The translations under genes and the position numbers were made by a program. From a virus: a stretch of 64,000 bases of DNA. The notes below the pieces were generated by a model. That model did no database searches and was not told where the DNA came from. It was given only the letters and a program-made list of their open reading frames with translations. Position 1 is the first letter of the stretch, and the number at the start of each line of letters is the position of its first letter. Location of the stretch: the IMG/VR virus record IMGVR_UViG_3300022925_000005; one strand, given 5' to 3'. Below are positions 18,799 to 28,908 of the stretch, piece by piece.

Positions 18799-20061
18799 TT
18801 AGTGTTGAGAATGGTTTTGAGTTCTTTGGATGAAGATAATCACATCTGCTATTTGTACCCCCACTCCAAATGGAGTAATATTAAACTCATTCCCATTTAA
18901 TACAAAATCGGAATCAGAATAATATTGAAATATTTCATGGAACTTATGCCACTCAGTATCATTTTTGGAAAAGAATAAATCTCTACCAACTCTCGTATAT
19001 GGAGTTCCAACAGTATTATTCATACTTAATCTAGCGTAGTTCTCAAAACTGGGATTGACTGCTGCTTTCATACTAAAATCAATAGTAATGGTATATACAT
19101 CACCATCGTTCTCAGCTTGTATTTTTTGTTCGTTTGGATTGAAGAATGGAACGGATGAATGCATGTGAGTTTCAATAGAACCAGAACCATTACAAGGTAT
19201 CACTATCGTTTGACCATCACCTATTAAGAATCCAGAAGATGTTGTGTAGGTTGTATCATCGTATCTTGCCCAACCCAATCCACTATATCCTAAACCTTTT
19301 GGTATTTGGACTTGTTGTGTAGTGTTATCACCTTTGGTAAACTCTATTACCGAACCAGATATAGATGAACTTTGGAATAGTGATGATGAAAATGAATTTC
19401 CATTTAGGGTATAATCACCAGTAATATCTACTGAACCAGTAACTCTCAAATTCCCTTCTATGATTTTATCACCATATTGGATATAATCACCAACTTGGGT
19501 CATACTACCTGAAATGTATTGGAATGAACCAGTTTCTGCAATGAATGAGTTTCCAGGTTCTACTAATCTCATACCACCCGAAGATATGTCCAAGTTTCCG
19601 AGGTTGTTTACGATATCAACAGTTAGTTCTCCACTTTGTTGAGATTCTATATGAATTGAACCAGATTGTAGAAATAATTCTTTAAAAGGTCGTTCTAACG
19701 AACCTAATCTTACACCTACACCGATTTTTGGTAACATATCACCACCTAACTCCGTTGTTCCACTTACGAAAAGAGAACCTGAAATTGTTACATCTCCAAT
19801 AAAATCATGTGTATCATTGACCGAGTTTCCAAAAATAGTTGAACCACTATCATAAAGAATAGATGATGATATAATAGTTTCAGTTCCAATTACAATTAAA
19901 TCACCATTAATAGTAGTATCGCCAAATGTTGTAGGTAAATCGGAATTTAATATAGAACCTAATGTTGTTCTTTTGGACTGACCATCGGATGCCAATGCCA
20001 CCAAATCACTAATTTGTGGATTAACTTCTATTTGTAATTCTGATATTCTCTTATTTCCCAT
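18799..20061 (-). CDS. Fibre/decoration-like structural protein
   Basis: 420 aa; N-terminal KRISEL and SGSTIFGNSVNDTHDFIG motifs, fibre-like G-x-(L/V)-x-(V/I) repeats, C-terminal beta domain. Confidence 0.6.
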   Translation of the reverse strand: MGNKRISELQIEVNPQISDLVALASDGQSKRTTLGSILNSDLPTTFGDTTINGDLIVIGTETIISSSILYDSGSTIFGNSVNDTHDFIGDVTISGSLFVSGTTELGGDMLPKIGVGVRLGSLERPFKELFLQSGSIHIESQQSGELTVDIVNNLGNLDISSGGMRLVEPGNSFIAETGSFQYISGSMTQVGDYIQYGDKIIEGNLRVTGSVDITGDYTLNGNSFSSSLFQSSSISGSVIEFTKGDNTTQQVQIPKGLGYSGLGWARYDDTTYTTSSGFLIGDGQTIVIPCNGSGSIETHMHSSVPFFNPNEQKIQAENDGDVYTITIDFSMKAAVNPSFENYARLSMNNTVGTPYTRVGRDLFFSKNDTEWHKFHEIFQYYSDSDFVLNGNEFNITPFGVGVQIADVIIFIQRTQNHSQH

Positions 20062-20282
20062 TATTCTTGTAATATTCCATATTCGTGTTTACCTTCTTGT
20101 AAGATAATATAATTGTAAGGTTCTTCTTGTAAAATAAAGTTGGAATTATTTCCCATCTTACGAATTAACTCTACATCATATTGTTCTTGTGATTGGTAAA
20201 CGTACATATTGTATTGAGATACCACCTCATTGATATTACCAATGTGTTTGTTTAACTCATAATATGTGTGCCAATTCATCAT
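20061..20282 (-). CDS. Hypothetical 73-aa protein with three ILQE motifs
   Basis: Coupled to the downstream gene; late motif at 20288-20296. Confidence 0.6.
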   Translation of the reverse strand: MMNWHTYYELNKHIGNINEVVSQYNMYVYQSQEQYDVELIRKMGNNSNFILQEEPYNYIILQEGKHEYGILQE

Positions 20283-20325
20283 ATGAATATAAATATAATA
20301 AATTTCAGTAATAAGATATTGGCAT

Positions 20326-20355
20326 AAAAAAAGAGGGAAGATTTCTCTTCCCTCT
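20326..20355 (-). terminator. Rho-independent terminator after the major capsid gene
   Basis: AGAGGGAAG / CTTCCCTCT stem followed by a T-run on the minus strand. Confidence 0.85.
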
Positions 20356-20400
20356 AATTTATTAAGAATCTAAAGTAGATTCCGTTAAGTTAACTGTCTA

Positions 20401-22020
20401 TTAGATAGAAGCTAAATCTTTAACGAAGATTCTACCGTAGTATTCAGGACGAACCATTTTCTTAGCGTAACGAGTCATCACACCTCTACGTGGAGTAAAG
20501 TTGGTTGGGTCGTACACCAATGGAGTCATAATTAATGGTACATACGGAGCGTAAACAGCACCAGTTTCTAGGAAGTTGCTTCCTCTAAATCCTAACAAGA
20601 TTTCGTTTGAAGTCATGTAAGGGTTTTTGTAAACTGTGTATCTGTTAGCGATAGCACCTACCGTAGTTACACCAGCAGCGAAAGATGAAGCATCTTTATC
20701 AGCAGAAACAGTGAAACCTGGGATAGATTCTAAGATAGTACATACATCAGGAGATGCAACTACGAAGTTAGCACCACCTCTTAAAGTCAATTGGTGAATC
20801 TTATTAGATACTTTGTTCAATTTAGTACCTAAAGTTTGGAACCAAGTGTTCTTTTGGTATGCAACAGCTGTGTTAGCACCAGACCATACACCAGTTGAAG
20901 AGTTGTACTCCTCACCGATAGTTGCTGACCAGTACTCAGTAGTCAATGCGTTAGATTTCAACATATCTAAGATTTCCAAGTCAATCTCTAATGAGATGTA
21001 GTCAGAAAGCATAGAAGTCAATTCAGCTTCAGCATCGATTGAGTGGTAAGCGTTCAAATCTTGCGCCAATTCAGGAGTCCATACAGCCTTTAGTTTTCTT
21101 GTCTTAGCAACGATTGCTTCAGACTTCAATTCTAAATCAACTTCTGGAATATCGATAGAAGTACCAACAGTACCAGCAGCACCAGCTACTTGTCCAGCGT
21201 TTTTACCATCTTCGAAATCACCTCTAGCGTAATCAGTTGGAACAACTGAGTAAGTCAATTCAACGTTACCAGCTTTAGCAGTTTCAAGACCAGCAGAAGC
21301 TGATACCATCATTACTAAGTTGTTACCAGATACACTATGGAATTGGTTTAAGTTAGTTGCAATCTCAGCGTTAGCGATATTGAACGAACGTACACCATCT
21401 ACATCAGCAGTTGCTGGTTTAGCGAAAGTTGCTTTTACAACCTCACCATCAGAGATAGAAGCCGATAAAGAAGCGTCAAAACCTACATCAGCCCAAGAAG
21501 CTGAAGTAAAGGTTACTGAAGCAACAGCAGTAGATGCAGTTACATCATTTGCAGTATATCCGAATCTTCCTTCACCATATAAACCATTTACAGCTGCATC
21601 AGTAGAACCTACATCAGCACCAGTACCACCGAAAAGTGATTGACCAGAGAATGCAGGGTTACCACCTTGAGCAGTACCATATTTGAAATCAAGATAGAAT
21701 ACAAGTCCAGAAGGTAAGTTCATAGGTTGTACACTAACGAATTCTTTAGAAGCAATCTCACCAAAGATTCTTCTTACCAAAGGTAAAGCTACACCACTCC
21801 ACTCTTCCGAGCTAGCTGCAGTACCTGTTTGAGTTGCCTCATCAAGCAATTGTTTTGCTTGGTTTTCGAGCATAACCGCCATTGCGCCTTGCTCTTTTGC
21901 GTTTAAGCCTTCAAGAAGTCCAGTTGCATCCCATTTGCTTTTCAATTGTCTTGTTTCAGACAACATCACCGCTTGTGGGTTCTTTCCTTCCATCAACTTA
22001 GATAAATCAAAATTTGCCAT
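20401..22020 (-). CDS. gp23: Major capsid protein (T4 gp23-like)
   Basis: PLVRR, VSVQPMNLPSGLVFYL, AKTRKLKAVWTPELAQDLNAYHSIDAEAEL, YAPYVPL, FTPRRGVMTRYA. Confidence 0.97.
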   Translation of the reverse strand: MANFDLSKLMEGKNPQAVMLSETRQLKSKWDATGLLEGLNAKEQGAMAVMLENQAKQLLDEATQTGTAASSEEWSGVALPLVRRIFGEIASKEFVSVQPMNLPSGLVFYLDFKYGTAQGGNPAFSGQSLFGGTGADVGSTDAAVNGLYGEGRFGYTANDVTASTAVASVTFTSASWADVGFDASLSASISDGEVVKATFAKPATADVDGVRSFNIANAEIATNLNQFHSVSGNNLVMMVSASAGLETAKAGNVELTYSVVPTDYARGDFEDGKNAGQVAGAAGTVGTSIDIPEVDLELKSEAIVAKTRKLKAVWTPELAQDLNAYHSIDAEAELTSMLSDYISLEIDLEILDMLKSNALTTEYWSATIGEEYNSSTGVWSGANTAVAYQKNTWFQTLGTKLNKVSNKIHQLTLRGGANFVVASPDVCTILESIPGFTVSADKDASSFAAGVTTVGAIANRYTVYKNPYMTSNEILLGFRGSNFLETGAVYAPYVPLIMTPLVYDPTNFTPRRGVMTRYAKKMVRPEYYGRIFVKDLASI

Positions 22021-22058
22021 TTTATTTTTCCTTTTTAATGTTTGTTTGTTAATAATAA

Positions 22059-23177
22059 TTATTTGATGTTAGCCAATTCTTTAAATCTTTCGGCCATCAA
22101 GTTTGTGCTCTCAGAAATGATTTCTTTCTTAGGTGCAGTTGAAGCAACTGGTTTAGATGCTGCAGCTTCTGCTACAACTCTTTTAGTTTTCTTCTCAGTA
22201 CCTGTGAAATTCATCGATTCTGCTAACGTTGCGTAAACCAATTTTACCTCTCTAACAGAACTAGTTCTGTCTAAGTTTTCTACAACTTTAGTTTTTTGCT
22301 CATTAGTTAGGTTGTAACCTCTGAACAATCTATTAGCGTATAATAACTTTGCATTTAACAAGTTTACTTCGTTGATTGTAGATTGAAGTGATTTAACAGT
22401 GTTCAAAGCTTCTTCTAAATCTGCTTCTAATTCAGCAGTTTTATCTTCAACTTCTTCTTCTTCGTTTACTTCTTCTTCATCATCTCCGTATCCCATTTCT
22501 CTTAGGATTTCTTCCAAGTCGATTTCGTCATCCATATCTTCTTCTTCAGAAACTTCTTCCTCACCATGCATTTCTGCTTCGTGGTCTTCGATTTCATCAG
22601 ATGCGATATCTGCTACTTCCTCTTCTTCTTCAGAGTCCAATTCTTCTTCCATAGATACTTCTTCTTCAGAATCCATTTCCTCTTCAGAAATTTCTTCTTC
22701 ATCTTCCATACCCATTTCCAATTCTCTAATGATAGATTCCAAATCTAACTCATCCTCATCTTCCATTTCTTCATCAGCTTCCATTTCATCTTCCATGTCC
22801 ATTTCTGGTTCCACTTCATCTTCCATTTCATCTTCTTCAGAGATAGTAGCATCGTCAGCGTTAGTTGGGTCCTCAATAGAGCCTTCACCTTCTTCGATAG
22901 AATCTTCTTCAGATTCTTCTTCTTCGGTAATTGCTGGTGTTGCTTCAACTGTTTCTTCCACAGCATCATCTTCAACTTCATTCGTATCAGAGTAATCTCC
23001 CTCTTCCATAGTTTCTTCTTCTTCACCTTCCATTTCAGCAGTTAGCTTCTTTGATAGGATAGATTGTAAACGTGGAGCGAAAGCTTCCTCTAATGCGATT
23101 TTAGCATTAGCGATTGCAGTTTCTCTTACAGCTTTGGCATCAGCAATTGCTTCTTTTAACAATTTTGAATTTGCCAT
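22059..23177 (-). CDS. gp22: Prohead scaffold/core protein (gp22 equivalent)
   Basis: Extremely acidic centre and coiled-coil ends (EVNLLNAKLLY); directly upstream of the major capsid gene. Confidence 0.85.
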   Translation of the reverse strand: MANSKLLKEAIADAKAVRETAIANAKIALEEAFAPRLQSILSKKLTAEMEGEEEETMEEGDYSDTNEVEDDAVEETVEATPAITEEEESEEDSIEEGEGSIEDPTNADDATISEEDEMEDEVEPEMDMEDEMEADEEMEDEDELDLESIIRELEMGMEDEEEISEEEMDSEEEVSMEEELDSEEEEEVADIASDEIEDHEAEMHGEEEVSEEEDMDDEIDLEEILREMGYGDDEEEVNEEEEVEDKTAELEADLEEALNTVKSLQSTINEVNLLNAKLLYANRLFRGYNLTNEQKTKVVENLDRTSSVREVKLVYATLAESMNFTGTEKKTKRVVAEAAASKPVASTAPKKEIISESTNLMAERFKELANIK

Positions 23178-23317
23178 TTACTTTTACCTTTTAAAAATTT
23201 TCTGAAGTTATTTGGGAACCCCAATGTAGATTAGTTGTAAATTGGTCGTTCGGTCACTAAACATTAAAAGTTAGTATTCATAAACCAATAAACCCATAAA
23301 AATGGGTTATTAACAAT
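23178..23317 (-). promoter_or_regulatory. Long, potentially structured 5' leader of the scaffold-capsid operon
   Basis: 140 nt between the late motif (23318-23326) and the ATG; contains AACCCAT/ATGGGTT and TTGGG/CCCAA inverted repeats. Confidence 0.5.
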
Positions 23318-23388
23318 GATAAATATAATCAAATTTAGAAAACCATAAAAAAATATTATATTTTCTTTAGTTTTTATCTATAAGACAT

Positions 23389-23414
23389 AAAAAAAGGTGG
23401 ATAAACCACCTTTT
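23389..23414 (-). terminator. Rho-independent terminator, probably bidirectional
   Basis: AAAAGGTGG-ataaa-CCACCTTTT with A/T runs on both sides. Confidence 0.8.
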
Positions 23415-23418
23415 CTTT

Positions 23419-24081
23419 TTATTTTACTTTTCCTTTTTGGATATCTCTTTCCAACTCTTCTGCTGCACGAATTACATCACCTACTGCATAATCAAGAGGA
23501 ACATTACGATATTTAGCAATCTTTTTAATTACCGCCATTACAATTCTCTTTTCTTCGGTTGATGCACCTTCGTTTATTGATTCGTTTGATTTTACAAACT
23601 TATCAACCTTTGGTTTTAATTCTTTCCAAATAGATTTAGCTTTTTTATCTTTACTTAAAAATGAAACTACATCATCACCTGGCATTACAATACCATATGG
23701 TTGTATAGCCCCACTCATACTAAAATCACTCGAATAAACAATCTCATAATCATTACCTTTATGAGTTACTATAAGACCATCTATATCACCTCTTCTATTT
23801 ATTTTCTTTTTAACATCAGCTTCGTTTACTGATTCATTTTCATTTATTTCAGAGATTGCTCTTTCTCTCATAATCTCTCTTACGATTTCTCTAAGTTGAG
23901 CTTCTACCTTTTTAGGTAAACCTTTATGAGATGTTGATGCAAAATCTTCGATATCCTTTTCACTCATTCTATCAACGATTGCGTTTACTTCATCAGAAAC
24001 TTCAGAAGCAGGAACTTCTCCTCTTTTAACAGCTAATGCTAAACCGAATAATTTTTGTTGTTGTTGTGATTGTGCTGGCAT
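23419..24081 (-). CDS. Putative internal head protein with a DUF3008-like N-terminus
   Basis: MPAQSQQQQK..ALAVKRGE..MSEKDIEDFAST.HKGLP; modules separated by ISEINENESVNE and NESINE. Confidence 0.7.
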   Translation of the reverse strand: MPAQSQQQQKLFGLALAVKRGEVPASEVSDEVNAIVDRMSEKDIEDFASTSHKGLPKKVEAQLREIVREIMRERAISEINENESVNEADVKKKINRRGDIDGLIVTHKGNDYEIVYSSDFSMSGAIQPYGIVMPGDDVVSFLSKDKKAKSIWKELKPKVDKFVKSNESINEGASTEEKRIVMAVIKKIAKYRNVPLDYAVGDVIRAAEELERDIQKGKVK

Positions 24082-24094
24082 AGTATTATTACTT

Positions 24095-25234
24095 TTAGAT
24101 TAAGTCTCCTAATTTTAATTTAGCTTCATTATTAGCCATAGCTTTATCAAAAGATGTTTGTACTTTATCTGCTAATTCACCATGACCATCGTTTCTCATT
24201 TTCCATAAAATTGCAGCGATAGCTTTTTCACCATCCCATCCGTATTGTGAAGAGATTGTTGTTGCTACATCATTAGAACCATCAAATTCAGATGTAATAC
24301 CATTAAAGTTTTTATTGTAGATGGAATTATCCATATCCCACTCTTCTCTTTCAGGCGTTCCCATTTCAGGAGCTTTTGAGTAATCAGGTCTTTTTGCTAA
24401 TTCAGGTTTTCCTTGTAAGTCAGCGAAGATTTGTCTATTAGCACCATGGAAGTTTGAATCTTCTAATGTATCATGTACTATACTCAACATTCGTTTTTCA
24501 TATTCTTCACGACCAACTTTATTAGGGTCAAATTTTCTTTTTGAAATTATTTTATTAATAAATTTTCTATCTTTTACAGTAGTTTCTTTAGGTGTAAGTT
24601 CTCCTTTATTTACTCTGAATACACCAGTTTCTTTTGAAATTTGAGATGGTAATCCCACAGCTGTTTTTGGTTCATCTGATTTTGGTTCAGATTTTTGAGG
24701 AGGATTTTGTTTTTGTAATTCCTGTCCTAATTCCTTAGCGTATGCAATTGCATCATCTTTACTATCAAACTCTTTCGTTCCCTTAACATCAGCAGGGTCA
24801 TCTTCATTGTATCCACTTACCACAAATGCACTTTCACTATCATATACACTACCCGGTGCTACAGATACAGTATTACCACTATCATCACCAAATGTACTTG
24901 TACCTTCTAAAGAACCACCATCAAACCAAGAGAATCCATCAGATTCTAATGCGTTTTCAAAATCCTTTTCATCAGATTCACCATATGGTTCTGATTTGGG
25001 TTCACTCTTTTTAGTATCAGGTGCATCATATCCAGCATCCTTAGAGAACATATTAGGTTTCTCTTTCTCACCGGCAGAATCACCTCCCTTCTCTGCCTCT
25101 TCTTTCTCATCATGAGTTCCAGCTTTGATAGCTGCATCTCTTGTATCTTTTGATTTGAATACTGATACTTTACCAGTAGATTTGTTGATAGCTGTGAAAG
25201 ATTCTTCTTTCAAAAAATTTGTTAACTTTATCAT
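24095..25234 (-). CDS. Putative internal head protein
   Basis: Starts MIKLTNFLKEE, resembling a capsid-targeting leader ending in L-x-E; lies between protease and scaffold. Confidence 0.6.
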   Translation of the reverse strand: MIKLTNFLKEESFTAINKSTGKVSVFKSKDTRDAAIKAGTHDEKEEAEKGGDSAGEKEKPNMFSKDAGYDAPDTKKSEPKSEPYGESDEKDFENALESDGFSWFDGGSLEGTSTFGDDSGNTVSVAPGSVYDSESAFVVSGYNEDDPADVKGTKEFDSKDDAIAYAKELGQELQKQNPPQKSEPKSDEPKTAVGLPSQISKETGVFRVNKGELTPKETTVKDRKFINKIISKRKFDPNKVGREEYEKRMLSIVHDTLEDSNFHGANRQIFADLQGKPELAKRPDYSKAPEMGTPEREEWDMDNSIYNKNFNGITSEFDGSNDVATTISSQYGWDGEKAIAAILWKMRNDGHGELADKVQTSFDKAMANNEAKLKLGDLI

Positions 25235-25244
25235 ATCAATAATA

Positions 25245-25787
25245 TTATTTTCCTAATCGTCTATTAACTTCGTCAATATCCAAATCAGACATTTCATAAT
25301 ACCTATTTAAAATATTGCCCATATCTTCATATAAAGCATGTAACCTCTCATCCATTTGTCTTGCTTCAGAAGCAATCTTTTCGAATGATTTATCCATTTT
25401 CTCTAATTCACTTAGATTACGTTTAATAGTTACCTTATCGAACCAATCATCCGATTCACCTAATAGTAATGCTTTAGAAGCTTCTACGATTCCACCTAAA
25501 GTTTCTGCTACCTCTACGATATCAGATTTTCTTTTCATTTGCTCATCAAAACTTTTGTAAGTTGAGATAACTTCTAAAAAGTGTTTTTTAGTTTCGTTAC
25601 TTAGTGGCTTATTAGCATCAAGTGATTCTGATAAACTAAATTTACCATCAACAATCTTTACTTCGTTGATATTAGTTTTACGGATATCATTGTATCCTTT
25701 GCTTACGTTTTTACCTTGTTTAGAATCGACTTTAAATTCGATTTTGTTTTCGGTAACGTATTTGTATATGTCAAATCCTTTTTTCAT
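25245..25787 (-). CDS. Coiled-coil head-assembly protein (hypothetical)
   Basis: 180 aa; coupled to the protease gene. Confidence 0.6.
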   Translation of the reverse strand: MKKGFDIYKYVTENKIEFKVDSKQGKNVSKGYNDIRKTNINEVKIVDGKFSLSESLDANKPLSNETKKHFLEVISTYKSFDEQMKRKSDIVEVAETLGGIVEASKALLLGESDDWFDKVTIKRNLSELEKMDKSFEKIASEARQMDERLHALYEDMGNILNRYYEMSDLDIDEVNRRLGK

Positions 25788-26374
25788 TATGATAATTCCG
25801 TTATAATTTCTCTCATTAAACTTTCTGCTTTACAAAAATCTCCACAAACATCGGTACCAATTTTCTTTATTACCGATTCGTTCATAGGAGTCATAAATGC
25901 ACCATGTGTAGATGGGTTGGATACGAAGTCCCAACCGATTAATTCAAAATCTTCACCAACTTCCACTTTACCTTCTCCAATATTACTAACCGAACCCATA
26001 CCTCTTGATGAGATACCTAATAGGATACCAGCTCTTAATAATTCTTTTAGAATATTTCCAGAAGGAGTAGGTAAAATTTCAACTGTACCTACAACATCAT
26101 TACCTTCCCAATGTACTTCTCTGATATTATGAGATACATTCTTTAGGTTTATAACCGAAGAATCTGGGTGGTCTAACTCACCTAATGCTCTTCGTTCCTT
26201 AATAAGGGTTTGATATTTATTTACTTCTCTTTCTAATATATTTCTTGGGTACACTCTACCGTTTTGGTTTTCTGCACCAGAACGTTGAAGAACTCCCTTA
26301 ACCAATGTTCTACCAGAAGCATCTTCATTAACACTACCTTTAAACAAATTAGTTTCTATAATTAAATTTTTCAT
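25787..26374 (-). CDS. gp21: Prohead protease (T4 gp21-like)
   Basis: NQNGRVYP, ALGELDHP, NVSH, GISSRGMGS, WDFVSNPS. Confidence 0.95.
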   Translation of the reverse strand: MKNLIIETNLFKGSVNEDASGRTLVKGVLQRSGAENQNGRVYPRNILEREVNKYQTLIKERRALGELDHPDSSVINLKNVSHNIREVHWEGNDVVGTVEILPTPSGNILKELLRAGILLGISSRGMGSVSNIGEGKVEVGEDFELIGWDFVSNPSTHGAFMTPMNESVIKKIGTDVCGDFCKAESLMREIITELS

Positions 26375-26386
26375 TTCGTTCCTTTG

Positions 26387-27511
26387 TTATTTGTTGTACA
26401 TTGTTACCAATGTATCAAACTCAGCTTTTACACCATCAGTTAATACATTTTGAATACCTTCATTAACCAATACATCAATTACATCCTTTGTTTCAAATTT
26501 ACTATTTAGTATATTTTCAACAATAGGTCTTTCCATAAATGTAATTACCTCAAATGCCAATTCCTTTGATAACACTTCACCGAATTGTTGAATCATATTC
26601 TTTTGAACTGGGTTGTTAGGTTTACCTGCTATCGCAGATACTAATTTTAATCTATCTGAAAGTTTACCTTTCTTAACGAATTGATATAGTTTCTCAATGT
26701 CTAATTTATTATCATCAACAAACTTTTGAACTGCGTTTTTGTTCAAACCAGTATATCCACCAATTTCCATTGCAGTTCTTGATGCAGATTCGTTTACTGA
26801 TTCCATTAAACCAATTGCTGTACTACCAACAACTCTTTCAGCACCATCTGCATATTTCTTATTTAGGATTGCAATCTTAGTAGGTTTATCAATTAGATAC
26901 ATTGGTAACATATTTGTAGAGAATGAATATTTGATTCCATTCTTCTTTAACTCACTACCAATATCCATAAATGATTTAGAATCTTTTACGATATCAGCAA
27001 GTTTATCTAACATTACATCATGTTTACCTTCAGTAACTATTGATTCGTTACATCCACCACAACCACAACCACATCCAACTGATTCGTTTTTCTTATTTAT
27101 CGCTTTACCAGCTTTTACAGCATCCTTATGTGCTTGTGAATTACCATGTGCGGGTTTCTCACCTCTAGCTTTCTTAGCTCTTATGTTTGCCCATAGACCT
27201 GGCTTTTCTTCATTAACATCATCTTCAGCCGTTTTACCAGCTCTCAGTGCTGCTAAATCAGATGCTTCAATCTCACCATCACCATCAACATCTAATTTAT
27301 GTTGGTCTCCTTTAAGAGCTTCATTCTTTTCACCCTTTGCATCCCAAGCGTTATCTATTTTGTTAAAAAATGCTTTCTTTTCCTCATCACTCATAGATGG
27401 GATAGATTTACCTGCTTTTTCTAATGCTTTCTTAAAAAACAATTTGTAATCAGCTTCTTCAGCCATTACTGTTTTTAGGGTTTCTTTAATCTGGTCTTTG
27501 GTGATATCCAT
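26387..27511 (-). CDS. Modular putative head-core protein
   Basis: EF-hand-like LDVDGDGEIEASDL, PGLWANIRAK and CGCGCGGC modules separated by VNE, NES and VTE sites. Confidence 0.65.
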   Translation of the reverse strand: MDITKDQIKETLKTVMAEEADYKLFFKKALEKAGKSIPSMSDEEKKAFFNKIDNAWDAKGEKNEALKGDQHKLDVDGDGEIEASDLAALRAGKTAEDDVNEEKPGLWANIRAKKARGEKPAHGNSQAHKDAVKAGKAINKKNESVGCGCGCGGCNESIVTEGKHDVMLDKLADIVKDSKSFMDIGSELKKNGIKYSFSTNMLPMYLIDKPTKIAILNKKYADGAERVVGSTAIGLMESVNESASRTAMEIGGYTGLNKNAVQKFVDDNKLDIEKLYQFVKKGKLSDRLKLVSAIAGKPNNPVQKNMIQQFGEVLSKELAFEVITFMERPIVENILNSKFETKDVIDVLVNEGIQNVLTDGVKAEFDTLVTMYNK

Positions 27512-27525
27512 AGTTGTTATTCCTA

Positions 27526-27975
27526 TTAAAAGTTTTGTATTGAAGTTGCAATACTATTTAACCTCTCTCTAATCTTTGAAAGAGTTTTTTGAGTACGTTT
27601 CCAGTATTGGTCTGATTCCAATCCGCCTTCTTTTTTTATTTTACCATACCAACCTACAAACTTTTCGATTTCCGAAAGTTGTTTGTTGACATTTGAAATT
27701 CCTCTACCAATTTTTGCTTTTGGTGAGGATTCATCTTTTCTTAACTCATGCCAACGATTTTCGTTAACCTTTTTGTATCCAGTTGATTGATTGATTTTTT
27801 TTGTATGAGAATCATCAGGCTCAGCATCCTCATCATCACCATTTGTACGTTTAAACGCATTTGGGGTGTTGTATCCAGCTATATCACCAGAAGTAGTTGC
27901 TTCCTCAATATCCAACTCATCGTTTTCAATTTCAGCAATTAGTTCTTCGATATATTTCTTTAAATTATTTTCCAT
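27526..27975 (-). CDS. Putative head-core protein
   Basis: IEEATTSGDIAGYNTPNAF and VNE motifs; C-terminal coiled coil. Confidence 0.6.
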   Translation of the reverse strand: MENNLKKYIEELIAEIENDELDIEEATTSGDIAGYNTPNAFKRTNGDDEDAEPDDSHTKKINQSTGYKKVNENRWHELRKDESSPKAKIGRGISNVNKQLSEIEKFVGWYGKIKKEGGLESDQYWKRTQKTLSKIRERLNSIATSIQNF

Positions 27976-28840
27976 TAACCTTACTCTTCAACTCTTTAAT
28001 TAATTCGTATGAAATCATTAATGATGAAACGTGGTTATCGGAAACTACTTTACCAATTTTGGTTTTAGATAAAACTGATACAGTTTCAGCTAATTTAATT
28101 TTGGTTACTTTATCGTTTATAGATTTACCCAATGATTTCATCTCAGAAATGATTTTAGGAATTTCTTTTTCAATGAACGATTTAAATCCAGTTGTGTTGG
28201 ATAGGTTATTGATATATTCCTTTAATAAATTTTTCTGATTATCATCTAAGTTGGAATACTTTTCATTGAAAGTTTCTACCAATATTTTATAAGTAAGTAA
28301 ACGTAAATCTTTATCTTGCTTTTTATAAGCCTCAACCACTTTATCGGATTCTTTCGATTCAACTAATTTAGTTGGCTTTGATGTAATGTTTTCGATTAGG
28401 GTAATCTTCGAATTAAATACATCCTTTACATCGTAATCTACATAGTTCTTAGATTCAAATATTTTATATATAGAAGCTAATACCTTATAGTTTGATATAG
28501 GTGAAGATAAGAACTCATCCATATTGAATGATTCGTTAATCTTTTTAATAAGATTATATTTTTCTTTTTGCAGATTTTTTTGATTAATTCTACTGTGAGC
28601 TTCATTGATTGTATCAATAAACTTTTCGGCTCTAGTTTCTGAATTATACTTCTCCTTTAACAATAGGTCGTATAATCTAAGTTCTTTGTTTAGCTCAGTT
28701 TTAGCTGAGAAGAACTCACTTACTATAGCCTTAGCCGTTTCAGTAGTATCACCATTAAGAACCTCTAAAGTGATTTGCCTCACTAAAAGTTCAAAAAGAA
28801 TACCGGTATTCTTAAATTTTGAATGTTTTACTCTCTTCAT
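27965..28840 (-). CDS. Helical head-module protein, function unknown
   Basis: 291 aa (KHSKFKNTGILFELLVRQIT); directly after the portal gene, with its own late motif at 28890-28898. Confidence 0.65.
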   Translation of the reverse strand: MKRVKHSKFKNTGILFELLVRQITLEVLNGDTTETAKAIVSEFFSAKTELNKELRLYDLLLKEKYNSETRAEKFIDTINEAHSRINQKNLQKEKYNLIKKINESFNMDEFLSSPISNYKVLASIYKIFESKNYVDYDVKDVFNSKITLIENITSKPTKLVESKESDKVVEAYKKQDKDLRLLTYKILVETFNEKYSNLDDNQKNLLKEYINNLSNTTGFKSFIEKEIPKIISEMKSLGKSINDKVTKIKLAETVSVLSKTKIGKVVSDNHVSSLMISYELIKELKSKVNGK

Positions 28841-28908
28841 TACGTTATTTACCCTATAATAATATATTCCTATACGAAAGTTTATCGTATATAAATATAA
28901 GTTTTATT

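Noticed and set aside
20283-20400. tRNA or ncRNA in the spacer after the capsid gene
   Set aside because: It is explained by a terminator, a short GAATCTA/TAGATTC hairpin and a late motif; no cloverleaf is visible.
22399-22995. 198-aa poly-Ser plus-strand ORF
   Set aside because: It is the reverse complement of the GAA/GAT-rich scaffold gene.
26739-27449. 236-aa plus-strand ORF and the other short overlapping ORFs in the track
   Set aside because: All lie inside well-supported minus-strand genes and have no promoter motif or recognisable domain.
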